In this document: positions 1-12,052 of the stretch, one piece after another
How positions within the stretch are numbered: position 1 is the stretch's first letter
How the letters are laid out: the number at the start of each line of letters is the position of its first letter
Source of the DNA: Octopus sinensis
Lineage: Eukaryota
NCBI RefSeq assembly: GCF_006345805.1
Contig: NC_043020.1
Coordinates: 16,926,001-16,990,000 of the forward strand
Reading direction: 5' to 3'
Length of the DNA: 64,000 nt
The notes under the pieces: model-generated
Seen by the model: the letters and a program-made list of their open reading frames with translations, nothing else
The model's database searches: none
Told to the model about the DNA's origin: nothing
Program-made: the position numbers and the translations under genes

Positions 1-139
1 CCACAAAAATTGCTGGCCTTGTGCCAAAATTTAAAATCAATAATGACACAGATTATTTTACTAAATTCTTCATTATTTTAAAAATCACTTGAACCAAAGT
101 CAGTGTATCTCAACAGAAATATGATAATAAAAAGTTTAA

Positions 140-337
140 CCCCTTCGTTACCAACCCGGCTCTGGCTCTGAGTACAAATGTCTTGTTTTCATAAGTTTTG
201 AATTAAAATCTTCCACCAAACTTTATGTTCCTAGCACTAACTGAATGATAACTAAGTTATTTTCTAAATTCTTTGTTATATTTAAAGTAATTTAAAGAAA
301 TATGGAGCATCTCAAAATAAATTCAGTAACGAAAGGG
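140..337. mobile_element. TTAA-flanked MITE family D (piggyBac-like ends); further copies 1724-1943, 7162-7383, 22891-23111
   Basis: TIRs CCCTTxxTTAC...GTAAxxAAGGG flanked by TTAA. Four ~200-220 bp copies align. Confidence 0.85.
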
Positions 338-1091
338 TTAAAACTATAAAATAAATTCAAGTTTGGAGTCAATTTTTCCTGGGCTTTGTGAATTTCTTTT
401 GTAATTCACTTACCACCACTGACTTTAAAAGAGCAGTAGATTGGCAGAATTGTTGAGAATGTCATACAAGATACCTTGTGATGTTAGTCCCAGCTCTTTG
501 TGTTTTGAGCTTGTAGACATTTTTTCTCTCAATCTGTCTTGGAAGCCCTGAGGAAACAAAACATCATGGTTACTTCCCTTCCTTCTTTTACTGAATGCCA
601 AACAAATTACTGTGACCTTACTGGTAAGTGCCTCTAACACTATCTACACCACTGATGCATATAAACATCTCTTACCTACAACTATAAAATCCTATATGGA
701 TGGTTAAAAGATGCATGTAAGCATCTTGAGAATTTCACAGCATAGCAAGTAGTACACATATAAGCATCTCTGGGATTTTATGGTTATCTGTGAGCAACAC
801 ATATATGCAGGGCTGGTGTTAAGCCAATTTGAAAGGTTTTGTAGAGCAGAGGGCCCTGTTGACAATTCTCTAATTGGCCTTGTATATATGCACTGATGCT
901 ATAGATAAGAGATGGTCTTATGCATTATGATATGGATAGTAATTAACAATCAACTTGCTAAAGACAACCAATTATCGGTCAACTTGTTAGATATAGTAGC
1001 CAAATTTTCTTCAAATCATACCTTATTACTGCTCATTGGAATTTCAGAGAATCATGACTGATCCATTATAATATATAACTGCAATATTATT

Positions 1092-1397
1092 TTTCGTTTT
1101 TGGATTTGGTTTGCAAGATTCTTTATGAGTTTGTGTGTTGAAGCATATTCTGTTGTGTCTGGGGAGAGTCATTTTCTTTTTGTGCCTTATAATATAACAC
1201 ACTCACCGGTAAAATTTCCACTTTTTTTTCTTATTTTTATTGTCCTAAAATTTTCTTTGCATCTTACAACCGTTAAGATGCAACGAAAATTTTAGGACAA
1301 TAAAAATAAGAAAAAAAAGTGGAAATTTTACCAGTGAGTGTGTTATATTATAGGGCACAAAAAGAAAATGACTCTCCCCAGACACAACAGAATATGC
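1092..1397. repeat. Long palindromic insertion (arms 1143-1266 and 1274-1397)
   Basis: ~124 bp near-perfect inverted arms with a 7 nt spacer. The direct repeat tgcaatattatt occurs at 1080 and 1395. Confidence 0.9.
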
Positions 1398-1659
1398 AAT
1401 ATTATTGTTGTTTAACAACACAATAAGTTGTACACCACTTTTAAAGTCATCAAATTTCTATAAAACAATTTGTTTAGTGCATAAATTATTCTACGCTTAA
1501 AGGAGTATACTTTGAATAATGATATTTTGTGATCCTGTGTTGAAACTAAAGCAACTATATTATGGAAAAGTCATTAAATAATTTTCAGGTCCTTGAAATA
1601 AACTTAAAAGAATCAATAACTTTAGGCACTGTTAAATGGTTTACCATGATGTACTTGCT

Positions 1660-2255
1660 TGCATGCATGGCTGTGTGGATAGAAGTTTGCTTACCAACAA
1701 CATCCCACTGCATGGTATCTTAACCCTTTTGTTACTGTATTTATTTTGAGATGCTCTGTATTTCTTTAAATTACTTTAAATATAACAAAGAATTTAGTAA
1801 AATAAATTAGTTATCATTAAGCTAGTGTTAGGAGCATTGATTGTAACTAAGGTTTGGTGGAAGATTTTAATTCAAAACTTATGAAAATAAAACATTTGTA
1901 CTCAGAGCCAGAGCCGGTTTCAGCCAGGTTGGTAACAAAAGGGTTAGGCAAGTGTCTGCCACTGTAGCCCTGGGCAGACCAAAATTTTGTGAGTGGATTT
2001 GGTAGCCAGAAACTGAAAGAAGCTCATGATGTGTGTATGTTTGTGTGTGTGCATATGTGTTTGTCCTCCATCACTGCTTCACAACCAGTGCTGGTTTGTT
2101 TACATCTCCATAACTTAGCAGTTCAGCAAAAGAAACCCATGGAGTAAGTACTAGGCTTACAAAAAAAATAACAGAGGTTAATTTGTTCAAGTAAACCCTT
2201 CAAGGCAGTGTCCCAGCATGGCTGCAGTCCAATGACTGAAACAAGAAAAAGATAG
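1660..2255 (+). mobile_element. SINE family A copy interrupted by MITE D
   Basis: The head ggctgtgtgg..., the body ggcaagtgtct and the tail cagcatggctgcagtccaatgactgaaacaag match other copies. Confidence 0.8.
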
Positions 2256-2916
2256 TATAATTATATACTATCTAGATAATTCCAACTATTGTTTTTCCCT
2301 TATAGTTTCTATAATATATAATTTAGTTCCTTCATAATAGAATTTATAGGAAAACACAATCATGTCTATAATGTGTATAGCAAGGATAAATTTGTGATGC
2401 TATACAAATTGGTAAGGAATTTCATTTTCTTAGAAATTTTTTCTTATATGATAAAGAAATAAAGTACAAAAAGAATGTTTTCTGTGTTGTTTTTTTTTCT
2501 TTTCTGAAACAAATTCTTTACCCAACTAATTCATCAGTATAGGTAATTATTTCCAGAATAAAGCATTTAAAAATACATGTCTGTTGCAAAGCATATTTCT
2601 AATGGACTTTTCTTCAAAACAAAAATTCTTCCTCTAAGTGTAACTGAATTGTTTTGTTTTACAATAAAAACTATAATTATAAATATTGTAATTTAAAATT
2701 ATGAAGTATAGTATCAGATAGAAAAAAGTGGAGTTTTATATAATAACTAATTGGAATAAATCTGTTGTTTTTTAAGAACAATTTTAAAAACATTTTCCCA
2801 CTACTTCTATTTTGGCAACAGGTCGAGCTTGTTGCCATCGCAGTCATGTGACTGATGACGTAGTTAAGTATCCCGTGCGTGTGAACCCCGCATTCTGTCT
2901 CTACACGGGGATTGAA

Positions 2917-4855
2917 ATGTCGCAGAAAGGGGGACAACATGGCGGCGCCCATTACCGTACACATGCTGAGAGCAGCAGACCGAAGCCTGGATTGAACCCC
3001 AACCTTTCAGTGTCTTCTAAATCCACACAGAAAGTATTTCAGGACTGTTTAGCTGCAACAACCGATAGCCAATTACCAAACGGAAACACTACTGTAGATG
3101 CTTTCCAAGATGGCGACAGAGGTACAGAGTCGTATAGCATAGAAGCAGTCGGAGAGCAACAACACAACAATAGAACTGGTCGGTCTCCATCCGTGTTCTC
3201 TCTATCAAATTCTGTGCTTCATAGAGCAACCAAACGACAGAAACGACGGTCTGTTAGCAATACATCAGTACAATCACTGCGAGGCAATAACATTCGCAGT
3301 AACAGGATTGTAACAACACAGAAACAGAAGAGAAAGAAGAAGCTCGAACAAGTCAATAACAAAAGCAATTTGATTGATTCCAATTGCGAAAGTTCCGACA
3401 TCAGCAATAACTCCATAATAGTCATAGAGCGCTTAAATTACCTCTCATCTGAACCTTCATCCTCTGATGATGATGACGAAGAAGAAGTGGCTGATGGAGA
3501 CGACGAGGCAGAACACGAAATCGAAGATTTACACAGCTATGGTGAACACTCTGTGGCTGGAAGTAACGGCGAGTGGCTCAAGTCACGAATTCGGAACTTG
3601 AATTCTGTAGTGGATTTTAATTTGGACCAATCTCACACCGACGATCAGGAAGTGGTGGATTCCTTAGAAGAGTTGGGCTCCACTAGTAAAGCGGCTAAAG
3701 ACATTGTTGTTGATGAATTTTTCGCCGACGAACATCTTGCCGTCAGTCCAGAAGAGCCTGGGAGCGTCATGCCTCCTCTGACAGGTGCCGAACATGTGCT
3801 TGTACCTCCCACAACAGAGTCCATAGCTTTATACAACAACAATAACAAACATGCTACAGACACGGAAGACATTGTAACGACTTCGGGAACGAGCCCGGAT
3901 AGATCTCGCACTGCTAAGATTTCCGTGGCCGTCGGTGATATCGAAACCGGTTCTACTTCTCGACTATCGCAGATTACTCCTCCACCGGATTCCTCTCCAA
4001 CATCTACCAACACTCCATCTGCCACAACTACTAATGTGTTTTTAGTTGATAATTCGGAGGAGCCTTGTTCGTCGTCCTTCCCCGGTCTTTCATCTAGTAG
4101 TTATTCTACAACAACTACTTCAAATTCTTCATCATTAGAAGCATCTCTGTTGGAATTCAGACGGGTCGGAACCGACAAAAGCAATACTCTTATGACACCT
4201 CAAGAACTGGAGAGTATGCCGGACCAAGGTATAGAATTCGAAGAATCTGTTGGTCCGAAACAGGAAGTCATTAGTCCATCTTCGTTGACCACGTGTAGTA
4301 CCACATCACCATCATCTTCCTTGTCATTATCTGATTCACTGTCAGTCCTATCAGATTCTCCACAATCCCATCAGAAATTGTTAGCTAGTTCCTCTTTACT
4401 AGAGTCACCGTCGCGAACCACCACCCCAACACCTAACAATAACAACACCAACATTATCACTACCGATCATTCTTCAAACCACGATGTCAAACCTATATTT
4501 ATCGATTCCTCCAGTACCAGTACAGGTCTCACGTCGTCTGCCGACACTACCAGCACTACTACTACCACTGCTGGTCTGGATAGTAGTCTCCTCAATGCTG
4601 GTAACTTCACACTGGCCACTATCTCAATATCAACTGACCGAGCCACCAACTCCACTCAGATATTGGTCAACACTAATCAGGGACAACAGTTATATCATAT
4701 AAACACTGCAGACCTCACCCAGCCTCTATCGCTGCCCGTCACTCAGGCTCCACCGACGACTCCCTCATCCTCGGCTACGACTGCCACCAGAACCACGTCG
4801 GCTTCGGCTCCGTTGTCAACCTCCTCACAAACAAACGGTCCTTCGGCACAAACAG
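2917..4855 (+). CDS. ZXDC: ZXD-family zinc finger protein, coding exon 1 (large Ser/Thr-rich, acidic, low-complexity N-terminus)
   Basis: Long ORF (track 2812..4911). A probable acceptor ttttggcaacag puts the exon start at 2822, and the first ATG is at 2917 (MSQKGG). The phase-1 donor ACAG|gtaaa at 4855 joins in frame to the exon at 24361. An upstream exon outside the window could extend the CDS. Confidence 0.8.
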
Positions 4856-4990
4856 GTAAACACTCTTGTATTTTTTTTATTTACCACCGTTATTATCGTG
4901 CCAAAATTTGAAACTATTATTATTTCTACTTTCATCCTGACAACCAAAGGCATGACAGTGCCTTGTTGTTAAATTATCGAATGTGTACGT

Positions 4991-5191
4991 CAGTGGTTTT
5001 CAACCAGGGTTCCGCCAGTACAGTCCAGGGGTTCCGCAAGAAGTTACAAAACTGCTAAAATTTGCAGCAATCTTTAATTCTCCTGTGCAGATATGTGTGC
5101 ATAAGACTATTGAATTATTGCACAGAGGTTCCTCGAGCCAGTGGAATGTTTCCTTGGGGTTCCGCTCCAGCAAAAAGTTTGAAAAGCACTG
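4991..5191. mobile_element. hAT (Buster/Charlie-type) MITE
   Basis: TIRs CAGTGGTTTTCAAC / TTTGAAAAGCACTG with a perfect 8 bp TSD GTGTACGT (central TA). Confidence 0.9.
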
Positions 5192-5275
5192 GTGTACGTA
5201 AACATTGAACAAGCTAGCATTTTACTTAAGCGACTAAGATTACCATTTTACAGTGTATCTAACAGACATCAGCAC

Positions 5276-5355
5276 GGTACTACTAGCGGAGACTGGACCC
5301 GGTGCGCGCAAACGCGCGTCCGCACGCACCGGGTCCAGTTTCCACTAGTAGTACC
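5276..5355. mobile_element. 80 bp hairpin MITE with 9 bp TSD
   Basis: 31 bp TIRs starting GGTACTACTAG (2 mismatches). TSD CATCAGCAC at 5267-5275 and 5356-5364. Confidence 0.9.
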
Positions 5356-6243
5356 CATCAGCACACGTTAGAATATTTGTTCGCCGACATTCGGAGATTA
5401 CGCACGTGTAGAGCTGAGTTTGTAATTCTTTGTTAGACAATAAAGGAACCTGCGATTGCCAAGACGAACTAAACCTTAATTACCATTTTAATTGTTTTGG
5501 AATTTTAGGATTCCAGCGTGTAGTTTCTGTGTGGTCCTTTCTGTTTTGCATTGAAGATCGTTGTTTACGTAGTTTCGACAACTTGTTATTCTAAATTCCA
5601 TTCGGATCAGTTGATGTAGATAGAATGCGTGCGGCCCTTGAGTTTGCTGTTCCTCACCCCAATACAGCAGACCCAAAAGTGCCCCTCCCCTTCAACAAAA
5701 GTGTCGCCCTGGGCGGACCGTTCTCTCCTCCCAGCTATGTTAATGATTAGGATGCATCATAGGAACATACATGACTCAGTCTCGGATGTTCCTGTCATGC
5801 ATCTTTCTATCTGTCTGCTGTTTGGTTTGAGAGCTTCTGCATAGTTAGTTGGTCTTGTAGAAATAGTAGCTAAATCTCCTTCAAATCACACATTATCTTC
5901 TTAAATAAAGATACATTGGATATACTTCTTCATGTCCCTAAAAAGATGGGATGGTCACGGGAGACCATCTAAGAAGCAAAGCCTAGCAGAGGATATGGAC
6001 GTGAGTGGCGTGCTCTCTTAGATTCATTATACCCTAACCGGATGTTTTTCGTTTCCTTCCAACGACTTGGAAGATTATTCAGTTTTCAGTGGATTGTTCT
6101 CGAATTTTTCTGACTGATGTAGCTTTGCATGCTGGTGGCGAGAATCGCAACCTTTTTTTTTTTTTTAATATATATATATATATTTATTTTTTCCGAAAAA
6201 TGAACTGAAATGAAATGAAAAGCATTTAAAGTTAAGTAATTTT

Positions 6244-6320
6244 AGCCAATGAAAGAAGTCCGTCCTCAAAAGCGGAAGTCGAAAATGTTTGTTACCATGG
6301 CAACACCAGTGTATCATTGG
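6244..6320. promoter_or_regulatory. Intronic motif cluster: CCAAT, ETS, RFX X-box, inverted CCAAT
   Basis: AGCCAAT at 6244, GCGGAAGT at 6272, GTTACCATGGCAAC at 6291-6304, ATTGG at 6316. Confidence 0.5.
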
Positions 6321-6739
6321 TTATCTGCGGAGCTATATATATATATTTTTTGACAGTGACAACACAAAAGGTTCCCTAAATAGAAAGAAAGACGTATTTT
6401 TGAAACTAAAGACATGACAAAACCTTAAATTTTAAAAACAAATAAAACAATTTGAAGTAATGTATAATTTCCTTTTCTAAATGGAATGTAATGGAAAGAA
6501 AAATTGAACATCTTTTTGGTTTTCTACCAACCAATTGAAGATTTATGTTTATATAAAATTAATTGCAATAGTCACAGGTCTTGCTTTATACTCGCTAGAA
6601 ATAACAGCCAAATTGAAACGAAAACTCATGGATTGTAAATAAAAGAAAACAACGATGAAATAAAACAATTTTTTTTTCCATGAGATTGCATTTTTCGTAC
6701 CACATAAATTTGCTGATACAAGTCCACTATGGAGCTATG

Positions 6740-7157
6740 AGTGTCACAGAGCTGCTTATTCCCTCGCTTCAGACAGGCCCAAGAACTTGTTCAATATGGG
6801 TTCCGTCTAGCGAGCTTACAAATTCCAATGCTGTGTTTCACCATTCTGTGGCGAAAGTGGTACCCTGGTATCTCAGGAATATGCGAGTATGTGCATCACA
6901 GGTGACAGTAAATGGTTGTTTTTGGCAGAATTGATTGTTGAATACAGTCTGCAAGTTTTTTTTCGATCTCGAGAGGGCACGACAAAAAGGGTAAACAAAA
7001 CCCCTTGAGTTTCGCGACACACACTGGCGGAAACCCACTGTTCGGGTAACAGTCGAATCCTGGTTGTTTTATTTTCTCTTTGAAAATAGTTTCATCTATT
7101 TCGACAATTCTGCTGGGACTACCAGCAATCTTCATTGGATTGCAAAGCAAATCTCCC
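6740..7157 (-). mobile_element. Merlin/IS1016-like (ISXO2) DDE transposase relic, broken by a MITE D copy
   Basis: The frameshifted translation contains IVEIDETIF and CIQQSILPKTTIY, which are characteristic of IS1595/Merlin transposases. Confidence 0.65.
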
Positions 7158-8008
7158 TTAACCCTTTCATTACCGTATTTATTTTGAGATGCTCCGTGTT
7201 TCTTTCAATTACTTCGAAATATAACAAAGAATTTAGTAAAATAACTTAGTCATCATTAAGCTAGTGTTAGGAACATAAATTGTGACTAAGGTTTGATGGA
7301 AGTTTTTAATTTTAAACCTATGAAAACAAGACATTTGTACAACAGAGCCAGAGCCGGTTTCAGCCGGGTTGGTATCGAAAGGGTTAAATAAATTCAATAG
7401 TGTACGGTGATAGTGATATCAGCCCCTAATTCCTCCTTACGAAATCTAATAGCTGTCAATTCTTTCACCCACAGCAACGATTCACTGGAGTTGCTATGAT
7501 AACAAGCAGTTTCAATTTTCACTGTGAGGAGACTGGTTTGGAATTCAGTGTTCCAGAATTATACAAGAACACAAATTAGTCAAAACATTTCAGTGCATCT
7601 TTTCATGCAAATAACTGCTGGAAAAGTTCAAAATACAGGATGAGGAAGGGTTGCCAAACCAGTTTACAGACATTGCCAAGATGTTGGGAGTGAAAGATTC
7701 TTCCAGACATACTCAGCTATGAAACTGGTAATGCTCTCTGATTCAAGTAAAGCATCAGTATGTGTGTGTGTGTACATATATTTTCCTCTTCACACCACTT
7801 TGGTTTTGAAGCCGCGGCTTGATGCTGACATTTTGTGGACGTAGTATGATTGTTCTTATATACTTTTGTGTATTGATGAGGTTCATAACATGGTTGTTAT
7901 CAATTAACCTTGTTAAGTGGCTGAAGCCAAATAGGCACTGGACTTTTAATCTGGATGTGGTTGTATTAATCCTTAATGGTATTGTTTTATATAATATAAA
8001 ATTTTTGT

Positions 8009-8252
8009 GTTGGTGGCACGTAAAAAGCACCAACCGATTGTGACCGTTTGCCAGCCTCGTCTGGCACCTGTGCTGGTGGCACGTAAAAGCACCCACTACA
8101 CTCATGGAGTGGTTGGCGTTAGGAAGGGCATCCAGCCATAGAAACATTGCCAGATCAGACGGGGCCTGGTGCAGCCTTCTGGCTTCCCAGACCTCAGTTG
8201 AACCGTCCAACCCATGCTAGCATGGAAAGCGGACGCTAAATGATGATGATGA

Positions 8253-8255
<3 letters not shown>
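8009..8255 (+). mobile_element. Family B (RTE 3'-end-derived repeat with (GAT)n tail); other copies ~8360, 16250, 26175, 27370, 31080, 34655, 38480, 43586, 49840, 56800, 59888, 60440
   Basis: Shared ggcgttaggaagggcatccagc...ccatgctagcatggaaagcggacg..(gat)n. The same sequence is contiguous with RTE ORF2 remnants at 8615-10010. Confidence 0.85.
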
Positions 8256-8294
<39 letters not shown>

Positions 8295-8614
8295 TATATC
8301 ATCATCATCATCATCATCATATATATATATATATCATCATATATACATACATACATCATAATCATCGTTTAACGTCCGCTTTCCATGCTGGCATGGGTTG
8401 GACGGTTTGACTGAGGACTGGTGAGCCAGATGTGGCACTGGCAATGACCACACTCGAATGTTGTTTTTCGTGTGCCACCGGTATGGGAGCCTATCCATGA
8501 CCCTGGCAACGATCATACTCGGATATGCTTTTAATGTTCCACTGGCACAAGTGCCAATCAGGCGGTACTGTTATTGGCCACGTCAGCGATTTTGATTTCA
8601 CACGTCGTCATCAG

Positions 8615-10012
8615 CATCATCGTTTAACGTCTGCTTTCCATGCTAGCATGGGTTGGACGATTTGACTGAGGGCTGGCGAACCAGATGACTGCACCAGGCT
8701 CCAATCTTGATCTGGCAGAGTTTCTACAGCTGGATGCCCTTCCTAATGCCAACCACTCTGAGAGTGTAGTGGGTGCTTTTTCATGCCACCAGCACGGGGG
8801 CCAGTCAGGCGGTACTGGCAACGATCATGCTCGAATGGTGCTCTTAGCACCCTACTAGCACGGGGCACAAGTGCCAGTAAGGCGACGCTGGTAATGATCA
8901 CACTCGAATGGTGCCTTTTATGTGCCACTGGCATGGAAGCCGGCTAGCCGCTCTGTCAACGATCACACTCGTATGGTGCTCTTTGCACCCCACTAGCATG
9001 GATGCCAGTCATCGAATTTGATTTTGATTTCACTTGCCTCAACAGGTCTTCACAAGCAGAGTTTAGTGTCCAAAGAAGGAAAAGATATGCACAAGTGGGC
9101 TGGTTGGCATAGGCCACGAGGTTATGGTCTCATTTGGCTTGCCAGGTCTTCTCAAGCACAGCATATTTCCAAAAGTCTCTCGGTCACTAGTCATTTCCTT
9201 GGTGAGGCCTAAAGTTCGAAGGTTGTGCTTCACCACTTCATCCCAGGTCTTCCTGGGTCTATCTCTTCCATGGGTTCCCTCAACCGCTAGGGTGTGGCAC
9301 TTTTTTCACACAGCTATCCTCATCCATTCTCGCCATATGACCATACCAGTGCAGTCGTCTCTCTTGCACACCACATCTGATGCTTCTTATGTCCAACTTT
9401 TCTCTCAAGGTACTTACAGTCTGTCGAGTATGCACACTGACATTAAACATCCATCAGATCATACTGGCTTCATTCCTTGTGAGCTTACACAAGTCCTCAG
9501 CAGTCACAGCCCATATTTCACTGCCATGTAGCATGGCTGTTCGTACACATGCGTCATACAGTCTACCTTTTACTCTGAGCGAGAGGCTTTTTGTCACCAG
9601 CAGAGTAAGAGCTCTCTGAACTTTGCCCACTTTCAGCGCACCCTCCCCCACTACTGACTTGGTCACCTAGGTAATGGAAGCTATCAACTACTTCTAGTTT
9701 TTCTCCCTGGAATGAGGCGGAAGCTGGTCTCTGCGCATTTTCAGTGTTTATTGCTCCTGAGCATCTGCCACATACAAAAACTATCTTCCCAGTTAGCCTT
9801 CCTTTGATATTACTGCACCTTTTATGTGTTCATAGCTTACACTAGGTTCGTCTTATAGAGTTTCTATCTACGCCTCTACTACAGATTGAGCAGGGCCATC
9901 TACCTGAAGGTGTTTGTGATTTGTCTACCTTCCTACTTATTAGGACTTTGGTTTTAGCTAGGTTGACTCTAAGGCCCTTCGATTCTAATCCTTGTTTCCA
10001 CACTAGTTCTGA
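8615..10012 (-). mobile_element. 5'-truncated RTE-clade LINE (ORF2 C-terminal remnant plus 3' UTR)
   Basis: Contains LESKGLRVNLAKTKV and VKGRLYDACVRTAMLHGSEIWAV, with stops and frameshifts, and ends in the family B tail. Confidence 0.85.
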
Positions 10013-10018
10013 TAACAT

Positions 10019-10130
<112 letters not shown>

Positions 10131-10458
10131 CACACACACACATATATATATATATATACACACACACACACGTGTGTGTGTCTTCTAGCTGTAATACCCA
10201 TCATTGATTGGGTAATTACTTTTACTGTTTCTCAGTTGCCACATTCAAAGTATTATTATATATATAATTTACTCCTCCTGTATGTGTGTATTTTTATTAG
10301 AGAGAAATATGTTATAATTGAATTAGAAGGAACAGTTTCATACATGAACTTGTGTTTGTTTATTATATGACAGTAATAAGTGAGCTGTATGTGTTATTTT
10401 ATTTATCAATACAGTAATGGCAAGTATATGATACAGTTCATTTAAATAGGTAATTTAG

Positions 10459-11290
10459 TCATTCTTGAATGTAATGGTAGTAATGGTAAATTAAGTTATT
10501 GAAGTATTCATGTTGCATTAAGAGTGAATATTTCTTTATAAACAATGTTTTCATTTTATTTTGGGGTGCATAAGCAAAAAGATTTGCTTTTGGTCCCGCA
10601 TGTGATGCTCCTACATAAGGTTGGCCATGTGCAAAGCATAGTTGTTCAAATTGCAATCCAGCAACTTTTAATGTTTGGCCCTGACTTTTATTAATGCTCA
10701 CAGCAAAAGAAACATGGATGGGAAATTGTAACCACTTAAACTGGAATGGGATATTAGATAGTATAACTGGTATGCCAGGAATGAAGATGGTCTTACCTTT
10801 ACCACAGCCACTGAGAATATTTGCCTCAATGCAGTTCCTTATGAGTTTGGGCACAATTAATCTTGTACCTTTGCATAATTTTGGTTGAAACAAATTATGT
10901 AATAGCGTAATGGGAGTTCATTTTTTTCAGCTGAAGACAATAAGGACCTGTACCTTGTGGTTCTAGTGAGTTCAAAAATTCAATGGGATAGTTAACAATA
11001 GCCTGATTATCAACAATCTTGTCAATTGAGTTATAAGTGAATACTTCTGGAAGTTTATTCAATAGCATATTATTAATGCTATGTACAGCAACATTTTTTG
11101 GAGCCAGGACAGCTTGCTCACAGATCCAACCTGTATTGTTGTAATTATGAAGATTTGGAAAGATTTCATCCACCAAATCATCGACGGAATCATTTGAATT
11201 ACATATTGGATTGAGTTACATTGCCCTTCACCGAGTTTCAAAAGCTGCTCTGCAAATAGTTCAGCTGATTGATCTCTTGAGAGCCCCGAT
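10459..11290 (-). mobile_element. Helitron PIF1-like helicase relic
   Basis: Contains VLAPKN, YPIEFLNSLEP, PKLCKGTRL, LQFPIHVSFAVSINKSQGQTL and FAHGQPYVG. It is frameshifted and intronless. Confidence 0.85.
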
Positions 11291-12052
11291 GAATTTATGA
11301 ATCAAAGTTCAATAAATCTCATCAAATAAATGAAATGAAGCAGACTAGATGTTAAAATGGATTATCCTTTTATTCCATAATCCTAGACAATTGTTTCTGA
11401 CAAAAAGAACCAAGATGTCCATAAAGGGACATCATGAAGGTCAAATTTGTACTCTTCTATAGGTGAGATTTAAAGGAAAACAAAAAGATGTTTAAAATAT
11501 ACAGTGAATATTTTCTTAGTTATCATTATTATATATGTATTAGTATATGCATTCTTCCACTCACAAAATTTGAATCAAGACTAAAAAATTAAAGGACTTG
11601 GCTGTTTAAATATCTAATAGTTAATTCTTGACTATCTCACTAAGAAATCCAATAAATATCTATTTTAAAAAACCCGCTAAACAAAATGCTGATCAAGATG
11701 TATGTGTATGTTCATTCAGAAATACCAAATAAGGAGCTAAATGTTATTTCAAATTCATATTCAAAAATTTCTTAACCATCATCTATCATACCTACTATGT
11801 TTTTTAAGTAAATTGCAAGTTAGAACTACCAAGTGAGATCGATTAATAGTTTATAGAGTTTTTTATTTAAGTATTTCTGAAAAGTCTATAATCAATAGAC
11901 AATATAGGTATTATAGGTTACATGAATTATCTAAAATCACTTAGAGATATTGAAAAGAATGGAACTTATGAAATACATACAAACTACTGTAAAGATATAT
12001 TTAAAGGGGACCACTTACGTGATTGTCGTAAAATGAAATAAATGTTCTAGAT

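Noticed and set aside
3219-4702. Antisense and alternate-frame ORFs over ZXDC exon 1
   Set aside because: They are shadows of the low-complexity coding exon with no independent motifs or splice support.
10459-11290. Host PIF1 helicase gene nested antisense in the intron
   Set aside because: It is frameshifted, intronless and has degraded motifs, so it fits a Helitron relic.
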